64,000 nucleotides of DNA from a virus, in IMG/VR virus record IMGVR_UViG_3300046453_000081, positions 32,001-96,000 of that record. One strand, 5' to 3'. Shown here piece after piece: positions 18,874-29,228 of this stretch; the first letter of the stretch is position 1; every line of letters begins with the position of its first letter. Both the position numbers and the translations under genes were made by a program. The notes beneath the pieces were generated by a model that saw nothing but the letters and a program-made list of their open reading frames with translations, was not told the DNA's origin and did no database searches.

Positions 18874-18903
18874 GTTTACTAATTGTAAAAATCTGTTATA
18901 ATA
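18874..18903 (+). promoter_or_regulatory. sigmaA-type promoter for the plus-strand endonuclease
   Basis: TTTACT...TG-T-TATAAT upstream of GGGGAG RBS. Confidence 0.55.
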
Positions 18904-18915
18904 ATATTATGGGGA

Positions 18916-19287
18916 GTGAATTATATGATTTCAAATAATAATAAGTTATTACAAGGCAATATCGGTTTAGGTATCGCTATATCATACTTCACTTTAAATG
19001 GCTGTATAGTTAGCATACCTTTAAACGATATTCAGGATTATGATTTAATCGTAGACTTTGGAGATAGCAAACCAACTAAAATTCAAGTTAAGACTACAAC
19101 TTGTATAGAAAGAGGTAAATACAAGGTTGCCTTAAAAACAACTGCTAAACTTTTTACAAACAATCAATCAGACTATTTATTCGTTGTTGATGGTGATGGC
19201 AATAAATATTTAATACCAAGAAGTAAGGTGAAGGCTAGTAGTGCAATTGTTTTAGGGAACAATTATTCTAAATATGTGGTTTGTTAA
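18916..19287 (+). CDS. Free-standing PD-(D/E)XK homing-type endonuclease (I-Ssp6803I/PDDEXK_5-like)
   Basis: QGNIG...VSIPL.DIQDYDLIVD...KIQVKT...DYLFVV...YLIP. Confidence 0.8.
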   Translation: MNYMISNNNKLLQGNIGLGIAISYFTLNGCIVSIPLNDIQDYDLIVDFGDSKPTKIQVKTTTCIERGKYKVALKTTAKLFTNNQSDYLFVVDGDGNKYLIPRSKVKASSAIVLGNNYSKYVVC

Positions 19288-19505
19288 AAGTTTTTAATAA
19301 ACTTTCCATACCAGTAATATACACGATTTCCAACAAAAAGAGAGTCATCTGATTTTTTAACTTGACCTGTACATTCAAATCCGTATGATTCCATCAATTT
19401 AATGTGGTCTTCTCTTTCTTCTTTAGAATCATATTTAAATTCAAGAACCTTAAATTCAGATATTTTTTCCACAATTATCACTCCTTTTATTGACCTTATA
19501 GTCAA
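19284..19505 (-). CDS. Hypothetical protein
   Basis: ORF track. Confidence 0.5.
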   Translation of the reverse strand: MTIRSIKGVIIVEKISEFKVLEFKYDSKEEREDHIKLMESYGFECTGQVKKSDDSLFVGNRVYYWYGKFIKNF

Positions 19506-19690
19506 ATGTACATTTTCTTACGTTTGAATTCTTCTCGACTAAATACTCTGCCAATCCTTTTAAACTTCCTTTTAGTTGAATTGTATTTAATCACGCAGGG
19601 CTTACACATGCTTGTTAACCTGTCTGTAGCTGAATCATAGTAAAAATTATCTTCATCTTTTTCACATTCGCACATTGTACATCTTTTCAT
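19502..19690 (-). CDS. Small Zn-finger protein
   Basis: KRCTMCECEK...F...CKPC. Confidence 0.6.
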   Translation of the reverse strand: MKRCTMCECEKDEDNFYYDSATDRLTSMCKPCVIKYNSTKRKFKRIGRVFSREEFKRKKMYI

Positions 19691-20060
19691 GCAAATACCT
19701 CTAATTTTTTATTGTTTTATTAAATTATTTTTCGGTTAAAGATTCTTCTTCTTCTGTATGCATAGCATAATAAAGCATTTCTGTAATTTCTCCAACTGCA
19801 TTTAAATGAGTTTGATTTTCCATTATATTTTACCTCCCTACAGATACTTATTAGGTAGAAACTTTATTCATTCGTATGGTGTTTTACTTCTTAAGGCTTT
19901 TTCTCATTTCAAGTTGTTCTGATAATTCCGAAGTGGTAAAGAATGAAAGGATTGAATGAATTAATCTTCTTTTCACGAATAGCACCTCCCTGTATGGTCA
20001 TGATATTTGAGACACAATTGTTGTCGTTAATGGCTCATAGGTTCGTATTGTGTCGTTTGG

Positions 20061-20267
20061 CTACTCAATTTCATCAACATCTAAATCAACAACGTCTGAA
20101 TTGTCTAACCAGTTTCTCCAATCAATTTCACCGCTGATTACGTCCTCTTGTTTCCATCTTGATAAAGCATCAAACTCTTCTTCTGTCATGTCTAAATCAA
20201 CTTCAAAGTTGGCTCGTAATCTGAGTTCACCTTTAACTTTTATCATTTTTACACACCCTTTTTTCAA
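20061..20267 (-). CDS. Small acidic protein
   Basis: ORF track. Confidence 0.55.
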   Translation of the reverse strand: MKKGCVKMIKVKGELRLRANFEVDLDMTEEEFDALSRWKQEDVISGEIDWRNWLDNSDVVDLDVDEIE

Positions 20268-20500
20268 CGTGATATTTACAGTGTTTTTTACTTAATCTTG
20301 ATAAAACGACCATACCTTCTAAGAAAAATCATAACTGTTTCAATTTCTTGTGCGTTCCTGCTCGCTAATAAATCCTCAGCCAATGTTTCATGTAACCCAA
20401 ATTTTTCTACTAATTCCTGATATTCTTTTTCATACATATTATCAATTACACCCACTTAGACCCCTCCCTCCTTTGTTTAATCATAATTTAACCATTGTAA

Positions 20501-20758
20501 TCAAAAGACTTTTACGCACAATCCTTTAGAGATAAAATATTGATTATAATCTTTATCTTCAATATATGTTTTCTCTAAATAATTTTCATCCAAGTCTTCA
20601 GTATGTCTACTAATAATGTCATTATAATCACTGCATGTTTTAATAAATTTCTTAACTTCTACAAAACCAATATCGTATTCATCTGAACCAACTACATCTA
20701 AATTTCCATAACGCTTTCTTATTTCTTGCAAATCATTTATTACATCGTCTATACTCAT
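20501..20758 (-). CDS. Hypothetical protein
   Basis: ORF track; RBS. Confidence 0.55.
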   Translation of the reverse strand: MSIDDVINDLQEIRKRYGNLDVVGSDEYDIGFVEVKKFIKTCSDYNDIISRHTEDLDENYLEKTYIEDKDYNQYFISKGLCVKVF

Positions 20759-20768
20759 TTTGTTATGC

Positions 20769-20972
20769 CTACTCTCCCTGCAATGTTTGTATTGCTATGT
20801 CTACAGCGTCATCAATAGACAATGGATATAAAGAATGAGTAATTTTACCTAACCCTTGTTCATAACGTTCTCTTAGTGCTTTTTCTTTTCGCCATTCACG
20901 ATGTAGATTTAGATACTGAACGTCTAAATCAGCTAGTTTTTGCACTATTGATTCAAATGTTTTATCATCCAT
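20769..20972 (-). CDS. Hypothetical protein
   Basis: GGAGG RBS. Confidence 0.6.
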   Translation of the reverse strand: MDDKTFESIVQKLADLDVQYLNLHREWRKEKALRERYEQGLGKITHSLYPLSIDDAVDIAIQTLQGE

Positions 20973-21737
20973 TTTCTTTCCTCCTTCATTTTACAGCTTT
21001 TAGACAACTAGCCTTTTAAGTGCTTTGACTTAGATAATTTTTCTCCTGCTTGTAGTTTTTTTAATACTTCATCATCATGGCTATTGTCGTTTGAATCATA
21101 GCCCAACTGTTCTCGTACCATTTCAACTAAAAAATCTGCGTAACCTTCAATATGGTTCATAGAATCACTCTTTCGTCCTTATGGTCAACAATACGATTGA
21201 AATCGTATTGTAAATCACTTAATTTTGTCATTTTCATTTTTACCATTTTCATTTTTATTTCCCTTTCTTGTTGAGCAATTTCCATCGTTAATGACTTATA
21301 TCATCGAATTGCGAATTAACCCACTCGTTTTGAATCATAGGTTAAATGAAATTTTAGCCAATAACAAGCTTCCTTTGATTCGTGCAAATCACCTTTAAAA
21401 AACTGTTTAATCATATTAAAGAAGAGGAATCCAACATGTTTCCAATCTTTCTTATCAAAATTAAATATCCTTTTAATCACCTAAATCCCTCCTTCGTTAT
21501 ATGCGTCTAATGGTTCGTAAGACGAATTAACACATTAACAAATGATTGGTTGCCTTTCCTATCCAATACCAATTACCGTCATTTTTTCCTCTTAGTTTAG
21601 ATACCTTGGAAAAGGCTTCGCCAAAGGAAATATTGTCGTATATTTGTGTGACCTCACCTGTTTTGGTATCCTTCATACAAACACCATTGTTCATCTTCGT
21701 TAACCCTCCCTAATTGCTATAGTTATCAGTTGTATTG

Positions 21738-21983
21738 TTACCACTCATATTTATATAGAACATAATCGTCTGAAACTAACCTAAAATAAGATTCACTATG
21801 TTCGCCTGAAAGAGTATTGTTTAAAGCATTAACAATAATCTCACCGTAGTACTTTTTAACATTTTCACAAACTAAGACATCATCAACTGTATCTCTGTTA
21901 TAATTATCTACATTGATTATTTTCATTTCTAATAATCCTTTCGAACAATTTTTAGTCAACTTTACAAGTTCTCCACTCTTCAA
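21738..21983 (-). CDS. Hypothetical protein (probable start MKIINVDN)
   Basis: ORF track. Confidence 0.55.
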   Translation of the reverse strand: MKSGELVKLTKNCSKGLLEMKIINVDNYNRDTVDDVLVCENVKKYYGEIIVNALNNTLSGEHSESYFRLVSDDYVLYKYEW

Positions 21984-22191
21984 GTTCTAGTCTGTCTAGG
22001 GTAAAAAACATTGGAGTGTCGTCATTCATAAATTCAATAATCATCATTTTTCCTTTTTCATTGTCAGGACAATCATCAGGATTCTTATATGTTGATTCAG
22101 CGCTTACTACACTGTAGCTACCTCCATAAGCCCAAGAATCTCCGATGTATTCAATTCGACCACCTTCTTTTACTTTTGTTAAATCCAACAT
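21952..22191 (-). CDS. Hypothetical protein
   Basis: AAGGAG RBS. Confidence 0.55.
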   Translation of the reverse strand: MLDLTKVKEGGRIEYIGDSWAYGGSYSVVSAESTYKNPDDCPDNEKGKMMIIEFMNDDTPMFFTLDRLELEEWRTCKVD

Positions 22192-22217
22192 TTTAGTTGC
22201 ATCTCCTTATTGTTCGC

Positions 22218-22895
22218 TTACAATTCTTGCAGAATTCTTCTGAACATTAAATCCCATTCATCTGCTTCTACTTCTTCATCACATTTTTCAACACTTAAGA
22301 GTAAAGCATTTTCACTAACTTCTACAAGATAAGGTAGTTCATTAATATATTTTTTAAGCAATGTTATCCTAAAGCCCTGACCACGATTATCAAAACTCCC
22401 AACAAAAGATTGTCTTTCTTGATTTAATTCAATCCCAAAAATATCAGTATACAAAGTCACTGTTTTCAGTGATAAATCCTCATAAATGTTATCATCTTTA
22501 TCTTCATTGCAATGACTACACATGGTTTGGTAATTCGCCAATTCATTTTTCCCGCCTTTACTAACTGGAATGATGTGGTCTTTTGTCATAAGAACCTCAT
22601 TGCCTTCTCCATCAACTGCATACAGGTTAAAGTGATATATATCCGTTTTGTTTGTGCCTTTTGAGTCTCTTTCTTTGAAGAAGTATTGACCTTCAATTCC
22701 ACAGCTTACACACTTCGTTCCACTAAGGATAAAACACTTATACCTATCTGAAGCCATTTTCATTAAATCTCCATCAAATTCAACTCTTTGTCTTGGGTCA
22801 GTCTTTTTCATATCAATAAATAGTTTGGCTTTTGACAAAACTTCTTCAATTGTGTATTTCTCTTTTCTAATCATGTTTCTAGGATTTATAATCAT
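22218..22895 (-). CDS. HNH endonuclease domain protein
   Basis: CVSCG...MTKDHIIPVSKGGKNELANYQTMCSHCNEDK. Confidence 0.88.
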   Translation of the reverse strand: MIINPRNMIRKEKYTIEEVLSKAKLFIDMKKTDPRQRVEFDGDLMKMASDRYKCFILSGTKCVSCGIEGQYFFKERDSKGTNKTDIYHFNLYAVDGEGNEVLMTKDHIIPVSKGGKNELANYQTMCSHCNEDKDDNIYEDLSLKTVTLYTDIFGIELNQERQSFVGSFDNRGQGFRITLLKKYINELPYLVEVSENALLLSVEKCDEEVEADEWDLMFRRILQEL

Positions 22896-22945
22896 GTTTA
22901 TTTTCTCCTTTGTTAAAACATATCCTTTTCACTTTTATGGTAGTT

Positions 22946-23155
22946 TTACCCTTGTTCTTCAATATCATATTCACAATTGTTAATTCTCTCATACATATCC
23001 AAATACGCTTTAGTCTTATCTTTTTCTCCATTTCGATAACATTCTGCATATTTATTAGATATATAAATTAGCATTTTTTCTTTATTCATTTTACAAATAG
23101 AATCCATATATGCCATTCTACCAATCACTCCTTTGTTAAAACATATCCATTGCAT
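22946..23155 (-). CDS. Hypothetical protein
   Basis: ORF track; probable internal start MAYMD. Confidence 0.45.
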   Translation of the reverse strand: MQWICFNKGVIGRMAYMDSICKMNKEKMLIYISNKYAECYRNGEKDKTKAYLDMYERINNCEYDIEEQG

Positions 23156-23323
23156 CTTCGCCCAAGTCTATATCTTCTTCTTCTACCTTGTTCATTTCCC
23201 ACAAACAACAAAAAAGTCTCCAAAACATTCTTGCATCTTCATGTTCGGCAATTTCGCAATAATAGACTTCATATTTTTCATTCAAGTAGTTCAAGGCTTC
23301 ATACTTATCTTTGAATCTAGCCA

Positions 23324-23509
23324 TTACTGGAATAATCCTCCCCAAATGATTCCCGCAGAAATAGAACTGATTATAATAGCAATAAACCACATTATTGCAT
23401 GAAACTTGTTCAAGCTACCGCCAAAAAAGAATTTTACCAACCCTTGAAATGCAAACAATCCAAAACATACTAATAATACCCAAGCTGTTATTGTCATTTT
23501 TAATTCCAC
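23324..23509 (-). CDS. Small two-TM membrane protein
   Basis: Two hydrophobic segments. Confidence 0.6.
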   Translation of the reverse strand: MELKMTITAWVLLVCFGLFAFQGLVKFFFGGSLNKFHAIMWFIAIIISSISAGIIWGGLFQ

Positions 23510-23529
23510 CTTTTAGTTTATCAATTATA

Positions 23530-23826
23530 TTAGTTGACAAATTCGGCTGTCACACCAAATCTTACACCTGACTTCACTAGTAGCTGATTGAATAGTTCAG
23601 TTAAAATAAAATCTTCAAAAAATGTATCAATATTATTGTTTTTTATTACTTTTAAAAATCTATCTTCTTCTTCATTTGTCATTAACTCTTCTTTTTTAAA
23701 TCCTTTTTTGATTAGTTCAAAGTAAATTATGTACATCATAACAACATCTTTTTTGTAAAATACTTCTTCCATTGGCTCGTCAGATTCTATTAATTCATTA
23801 TTTTCATTCACTGTTGTCATCACCAA
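23530..23826 (-). CDS. Hypothetical protein
   Basis: ORF track; own TTGACA-17-TAACAT promoter upstream. Confidence 0.6.
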   Translation of the reverse strand: MVMTTVNENNELIESDEPMEEVFYKKDVVMMYIIYFELIKKGFKKEELMTNEEEDRFLKVIKNNNIDTFFEDFILTELFNQLLVKSGVRFGVTAEFVN

Positions 23827-23903
23827 GTTTCATTTTATTTATCACTTGCTATAATTACATGTTACACCATTGCCAGTTAAGTGTCAATGGATTACAAAGA
23901 AAA

Positions 23904-23933
23904 AATGCAAGAATATAACATAATTCTTGCATT
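23904..23933 (-). terminator. Intrinsic terminator
   Basis: AATGCAAGAAT/ATTCTTGCATT stem with T-run on minus strand. Confidence 0.65.
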
Positions 23934-23953
23934 AAATTTATATAGTATTATTG

Positions 23954-24484
23954 TTATGAATTTAAGTAGGTCTTTACCAAATCTTGCTCTAATATTTCTT
24001 TTATCATAGCCGATACAATTGAGAAATCAGAATTTGAAGTATCCAGTGAAAACATCATTCTTGGCATATATATCCCATTCATAGCCTTCTCATATTGAGT
24101 TAAAATATTGCCAATATCTTCTAGTTTAATCATATCATCTCCACGCATTGCCATTCTCTCAGCAATAATATTTTGTGGCGCATTTAGATAGATTACCAAT
24201 GTTTTTTTACTTAACTTTTTTGACAGTTCCGCATATTGAAATTGGTTCATCATTGGATAATTATATAAAAAACCATAAACAAGGTTGCTATAGAAAAATC
24301 TGTCAATAATAACATTCTCCCTATCAAGCAATCCCATCATATGTTCAAACATTCCATCTGAACCAAACTCTGAAATTTCAAAACTACTTCCTTTTACAAC
24401 TGTGTAGCCTGTCTTTTCAGCCAACAAACTTGCAAATGTAGTTTTACCTACACAATCACAGCCTTCAGTTACTATATTTACCAT
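23954..24484 (-). CDS. Deoxynucleoside monophosphate (thymidylate-like) kinase, YorR-like
   Basis: TEGCDCVGKTT, IIDRFFYSNLVY, RMAMRGDD. Confidence 0.85.
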   Translation of the reverse strand: MVNIVTEGCDCVGKTTFASLLAEKTGYTVVKGSSFEISEFGSDGMFEHMMGLLDRENVIIDRFFYSNLVYGFLYNYPMMNQFQYAELSKKLSKKTLVIYLNAPQNIIAERMAMRGDDMIKLEDIGNILTQYEKAMNGIYMPRMMFSLDTSNSDFSIVSAMIKEILEQDLVKTYLNS

Positions 24485-24498
24485 TATATTTTACCACC

Positions 24499-24750
24499 CT
24501 AATTAAATGTATTAATATAACGCTTTCCCAAATCAACCATTGCAGAAAAGGTTGCATTTTCCGATTCTGCTACAGTTCTAAGTATCTGAGATTTTTTACT
24601 CTTAAAAAATAAAAATCTTTTAAACTCAAATATTGTTAATACATATGTTGGTGTTCCCACATCTTCGTTTTTATCAACTTGAAGACAATATTCATGACCA
24701 TCTTTTTTTATCAGTTCTTGAAACATTAAAATGTTATTTTCTTTGTCCAT
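24499..24750 (-). CDS. Hypothetical protein
   Basis: ORF track. Confidence 0.55.
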   Translation of the reverse strand: MDKENNILMFQELIKKDGHEYCLQVDKNEDVGTPTYVLTIFEFKRFLFFKSKKSQILRTVAESENATFSAMVDLGKRYINTFN

Positions 24751-25501
24751 ATCTAATTATCTCCACCATAACTTTTCTTCTACCGAATGTGTTTGCTTCT
24801 CTTTCATTGTTGACTAGCAAATCTATTTCATATCCTTTTATTCCACCGCCAACATCCATACTGATTGCATAAAATTCGGTATTGTCATATGATATTTTAA
24901 CGATTGAATACAATGGGACTATTCTTCTATCTGTTGCAATTATCCTCATGCCCTTATATCTAATGGTGTTAGTGACATTATATCCAGTAGACGTTGTTCC
25001 TGAACAACCATAACAATAAGGTGTGTACGCTGTAGCTTCAAACACAATTGAATCAATGTGAGTAGCTTCGCCCCTAGAGGGGATTTGTGTTAATTTCTTC
25101 ATTCTCTCTTTTTTTCTTCTTAATCTTTCTTTTTCTGCCTTTTCTTGTATCAGTTTGTCGTTTTTTATTTTTACTGATTTTAGGTATTCTATTCTTTTCT
25201 TGGTATTTTTTAGTTGTTCATATTCCCCTGCTTTAATTAATTGAGAGTATTCTTCATACCATAAAACACTTCCAACGGATACATTGACAATTGAATTCCT
25301 ACGTAATATTTCATTTTTATCCTGTTCTACAATGACAATGCTCTCAATTTTCACCTTTTCACTATAGGGCAATGTGGCTGAAGATTTATCCTCAACCACA
25401 TTGTTATATTGTGAAAAGAGAAAATGAGTTATTGCTAAGACAATGGCGATACCAAAGCCCCACTTTAGAAATCTACTCATAATTTCCCCTTTCTTTTTCA
25501 A
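24734..25501 (-). CDS. Membrane-anchored 3D-domain protein (lytic transglycosylase-like)
   Basis: N-terminal TM; FEATAYT...IIATDRRIVPLYS...DVGGGIKGYEIDLL...FGRR. Confidence 0.88.
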   Translation of the reverse strand: MKKKGEIMSRFLKWGFGIAIVLAITHFLFSQYNNVVEDKSSATLPYSEKVKIESIVIVEQDKNEILRRNSIVNVSVGSVLWYEEYSQLIKAGEYEQLKNTKKRIEYLKSVKIKNDKLIQEKAEKERLRRKKERMKKLTQIPSRGEATHIDSIVFEATAYTPYCYGCSGTTSTGYNVTNTIRYKGMRIIATDRRIVPLYSIVKISYDNTEFYAISMDVGGGIKGYEIDLLVNNEREANTFGRRKVMVEIIRYGQRK

Positions 25502-25510
25502 TTATATTTA

Positions 25511-26500
25511 TTACTTTAAGCTATCAACAAATTCTGCAATAGCTTTTAAGCTATCGACATCAGTCATCTTTGTATAATCAACTTTTTTGTTGTTATGTTT
25601 TTTGATAACAGTTTTAATCTCTGCCATCTTGGTTTCATCGTCAGAATAATTACCAATTGTATTCTTTAAGTGTTCAATTAGTTCATCTGACGTATGTAGT
25701 TTATCAATAGAATTTTTTTGTTTTTCTATGTATTCGTTTGATTTTTCTTCGTGTTCTTCAAACTGAATTTGTTTTTGTTTTTCTACAGCTTTAGAATCAC
25801 CATTGTACTCTGCAAGAATAGCTTCTTCAATCACGTTAATAAATTCAGTAGGAGAGTATTTAATCTTGTCAGGAACATTTGCAAATCGTGAACCTGCTTC
25901 CAGTGTGGAATCACCTCTGAAATGAATGTAGCGTACATCCTGATATTCCTTACCAACTTTTTCTTGAGCAATATCTATGTATACAATAAAGTCAACCATG
26001 TTAAGGACAACATCACGAATCTTTCCTTGAAGTGAAAGTGTGGTCTTATCATATTCTTGACCATTCTTATGTTTGACGGTTTTTTCTTTATCATGAGTAA
26101 TAAATACCCAATGATAGCCCGCTTGGTCTAACTTTGTTACTTGCTCAAGAAATGCTGACTCTAACATATTGTGTGCTTTACCATAACCTACATCTTGCAA
26201 TACTTTATATGTTTTAGTGTCTTGAATAGATAATTGATTAAGGACATATTTTTCACAAAGTTTTTGTGCCATGTCAACTGTATCCATGCCAAGGATTCTA
26301 TATGGAACTTCATCTTTCTTTTCGACCAGTTCATCGACTAAATCAACGAATCCATCCCAATCCTCAATATCTACTGCATTAATACCATTTAAAGCGTTGT
26401 ATCCCTTTTCAAAAGCAAGTAAAAGAAGTTTAGATAAGTCACCATTATACTTTTCCTTAACTAGTTTATAAAGTAAAGATGTTTTTCCTGCTTTTGGTCG
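25511..26500 (-). CDS. AAA_24/Sak4-like ATPase (YorG-like), exon 2
   Basis: Begins RPKAGKTS; LLLAFEKG, MDTVD, GYGKA, FITH, AGSRF. Confidence 0.88.
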   Translation of the reverse strand, partial: RPKAGKTSLLYKLVKEKYNGDLSKLLLLAFEKGYNALNGINAVDIEDWDGFVDLVDELVEKKDEVPYRILGMDTVDMAQKLCEKYVLNQLSIQDTKTYKVLQDVGYGKAHNMLESAFLEQVTKLDQAGYHWVFITHDKEKTVKHKNGQEYDKTTLSLQGKIRDVVLNMVDFIVYIDIAQEKVGKEYQDVRYIHFRGDSTLEAGSRFANVPDKIKYSPTEFINVIEEAILAEYNGDSKAVEKQKQIQFEEHEEKSNEYIEKQKNSIDKLHTSDELIEHLKNTIGNYSDDETKMAEIKTVIKKHNNKKVDYTKMTDVDSLKAIAEFVDSLK

Positions 26501-27912
26501 CAAATGCTTGTTATCGCTAAAGTTCTTTATCTCTAGCATCTAGAGGTTTCCCTCATACCTACACGCAGGACATATAGGATACGACAGGTCAATTCCTGCC
26601 TAGTTCAGAATAAATCATCAACTTAGTTATCTCACGACAGTAAGTTGTCCCTCTCTCGTGGCTTTATTATACTCTACACATATTAAATATTTCTTAAAGA
26701 AATACATTCCTCAAATATATTTCTTTTTCTCCTTAACGATAAACAGTCTTCTTTATACATCATTTCATATATTTTAATTGAATGAAATGTGCTATACTCA
26801 ATCTCATACAGATTTTGTTTTCGTTTTGAGACTTTCTTAATAGGTATTTCTTTGTCTGATTGACAGTGAATAACTTCAACAATTTTCTTAAGTATTTTTT
26901 CAGAACCACTTACAATTCTGAGTCTTAGTTGTGGTGTAATCGTCTTTACTCCAAACTTATTAGTTGGATATGTTATCCCAATACTACCATCACCATCAAA
27001 GTAACCTCTAACGAAATCCATCTCATATTCTTTTGGCACATTCGGAAACTCTATAATTAGGGATTTTCTGTTTTCAATTCCTAAGTCAATTAGGGTTTGA
27101 CAAAATTTAACAGACCTGATTATTAAATTTACATTACTGAATTTCCCACTTTTTCCATATTCTAAATTACCTGTGTAAGATAGTTTTCTTCTTATTTCTT
27201 CTAACAATTCGACGTTATATTCATCATCTTTTAGTCCGATTTTTAGTATGCCAAAGTTTTTCTTTCCCTTAGTAATAGTGCCATCGGAAGCTATCAGACC
27301 TAAAATATATGCCATATCGCTAGACCATTCTTTAAAATAGTCTTCATTAACATTGTAAAGTCTATTTTGTGTGTGTCTTCCTGTTTCCCTCATTGCCATG
27401 TTTGCTTCGCTAGGGCTTCTTTTTTCAATTCCATTATATACCATAATGTCACTAACAAGTTTTATAGAAACACCTAGTTTTTTAGCTATTTCAAAACATG
27501 ACATTTTTTCATTGATATACAGATTACGAATAGCGTCACTGTATTTTTCTCTATTCTTATCTTTTCTTCTCTTAAATGGAATATTGAGTTTTTCGCACCA
27601 TTTAACTAATGTCTGATAACGACAATTCGCCTTTTTACAAACATCCATTGTTGGAGTTTCTTTCACAACTAATTCTTCATATAAGAAATTTCTATCCTTA
27701 TAAAGAAAATCGCTCATTTTATTCACCGCCTTTCAGTAGTTAAGATGTGAGGAAAGTTAATATTGTAGTTTCAAAAGCTATTCGTTGCACCTGTATAGCC
27801 TTTTAAAGCCATACTTCGGTTCGCATTGCCATATCCATAAGGACTTAGGGTTTTACGATTTTCAGAGGAATTTGCAACAGTGCGTCACCGCAACTGTGGG
27901 GCAGACCTATTT
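26501..27912 (-). mobile_element. Group I self-splicing intron (1412 nt) in the ATPase Walker A codons
   Basis: Exon 1 ends ...TCG GGT (U at 5' splice site); P1 GGGUA/UGCCC with U.G wobble; intron ends ...AAGCATTTG (omega G); GGUC can pair exon 2 GACC (P10); splicing restores ISG-RPKAGKTS in frame. Confidence 0.9.
26683..27726 (-). CDS. Intron-encoded two-motif LAGLIDADG homing endonuclease with N-terminal HTH-like region
   Basis: AYILGLIASDGTI and DFVRGYFDGDGSI. Confidence 0.9.
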   Translation of the reverse strand: MNKMSDFLYKDRNFLYEELVVKETPTMDVCKKANCRYQTLVKWCEKLNIPFKRRKDKNREKYSDAIRNLYINEKMSCFEIAKKLGVSIKLVSDIMVYNGIEKRSPSEANMAMRETGRHTQNRLYNVNEDYFKEWSSDMAYILGLIASDGTITKGKKNFGILKIGLKDDEYNVELLEEIRRKLSYTGNLEYGKSGKFSNVNLIIRSVKFCQTLIDLGIENRKSLIIEFPNVPKEYEMDFVRGYFDGDGSIGITYPTNKFGVKTITPQLRLRIVSGSEKILKKIVEVIHCQSDKEIPIKKVSKRKQNLYEIEYSTFHSIKIYEMMYKEDCLSLRRKRNIFEECISLRNI

Positions 27913-27990
27913 ACCCGAAATACAATATTTATAAAGAGTCCAATCTGCTACTACTTTGTTTGTTTTAATTTTATCTAACATTGATAACAT
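27913..27990 (-). CDS. AAA_24/Sak4-like ATPase, exon 1 (MLSMLDKIKTNKVVADWTLYKYCISG)
   Basis: 26 codons; AAGGGAG RBS; supplies first Gly of Walker A. Confidence 0.88.
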
Positions 27991-28136
27991 CAAATCACTT
28001 CTCCCTTATATTTTATCACTTTTGGGAAGAATGTTCCATTGAATCTCCCCAAAAGTCATAAATCCGTAAATTTTATTTACTACTTGTTAAACATATGTAT
28101 TACTATTGTTAATTATATCTATCACTTATGTTAAAC

Positions 28137-29228
28137 TTAGTTGAAGGGTAACGAATCATCATCATCCGATTCATCTGAAGCAAAAGGATTATCTGACATG
28201 TCTTCTTCATCTACTAAATCCTCTTCAACAATAAAGTCTTCAAGTTTATAGCGTTTTTGTACAAACGATTTAAGGTCTACACCTGTAATTTGTAGTTCTG
28301 TTATACGCTTTGTATTAGCACGTTTACCTTGTCCTTTAGGAGTATAACCACCATCCCCAAAGATAGAATCTTTTGGTGCTTCTACTTCTTCGGTTTCAAC
28401 TTGTTCAGTTCTATTAACACATAATCCTACTACCTTCACATAGTCGCCAAATTTAAGTTTGCTATTGAACGCTGTAGCAACTGTTTTTAGCTTGGCATCC
28501 TCTGTATCAATGACAAATGGATAGTCAAAGAATGTGCCATCGTAAGAAATTGTTCGACCAAGTACAGTAAGTTTTTTAGTCTTTTTATCATACGCACTAC
28601 CAACAAAGATTAGTTCTTGTTCAAATGAAGCTGTTTCTTCAAACTTTTCATCAGCAAAATCAACTTGCTTAACTAACTTTGAAGCGTATTTAATTTGATA
28701 TTTTGCTTGTTTGACTTTTTCACCCTGTTGATTTTCGTATTCGCTAAGAGTTAAATCACCACTTACTGAAATACTATCCCCATCATCAAACGTTTGGAAA
28801 ATGCTATCTACAGCATCATATTCAACAAATGTTTCATAAACAATTTTTTTCTTTTCAGCTTCATCGTCTTCAAATCTACCAACGTTGATACCAATAAGAT
28901 TCCACCCTTCAGGAATGTCATCACGATTTTCAAATGATAGTTTCTTTGTAGGTGTTTTCTTACCCTGTTTACGTAATTTTTCTCGCTCCTCTTTTTTTAG
29001 TGCTTGAGAAATGTAAGCGTCTTTTTCCATTCCGTATAATTCAACAAACAACTCATTTGTTTCATTCGTCTTCACTGAAAAACGTAAGCTTCTCCATTCC
29101 TTACCAATATTCTTCCCCTTATCGAACTCACCTTCTGTGTAAGCCTTGTCCTCACTGATACGGTTTACAATTCCAACTGCTCTCCATGTTCCTTTTGTTT
29201 GTACTAATGGTGTTTTTTCTTTTGCCAT
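28137..29228 (-). CDS. Putative single-stranded DNA-binding protein (YorF-like)
   Basis: OB-like beta-rich sequence; acidic tail DDDDSLPFN; next to Sak4-like ATPase. Confidence 0.65.
   Translation of the reverse strand: MAKEKTPLVQTKGTWRAVGIVNRISEDKAYTEGEFDKGKNIGKEWRSLRFSVKTNETNELFVELYGMEKDAYISQALKKEEREKLRKQGKKTPTKKLSFENRDDIPEGWNLIGINVGRFEDDEAEKKKIVYETFVEYDAVDSIFQTFDDGDSISVSGDLTLSEYENQQGEKVKQAKYQIKYASKLVKQVDFADEKFEETASFEQELIFVGSAYDKKTKKLTVLGRTISYDGTFFDYPFVIDTEDAKLKTVATAFNSKLKFGDYVKVVGLCVNRTEQVETEEVEAPKDSIFGDGGYTPKGQGKRANTKRITELQITGVDLKSFVQKRYKLEDFIVEEDLVDEEDMSDNPFASDESDDDDSLPFN

Noticed and set aside
26501-26539. MLEIKNFSDNKHL as ATPase N-terminus
   Set aside because: Intron sequence; leaves Walker A without its first Gly, which exon 1 supplies.
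26683-27726. Intein
   Set aside because: Endonuclease has its own start and stop, is flanked by non-coding structured RNA, and lacks intein termini.
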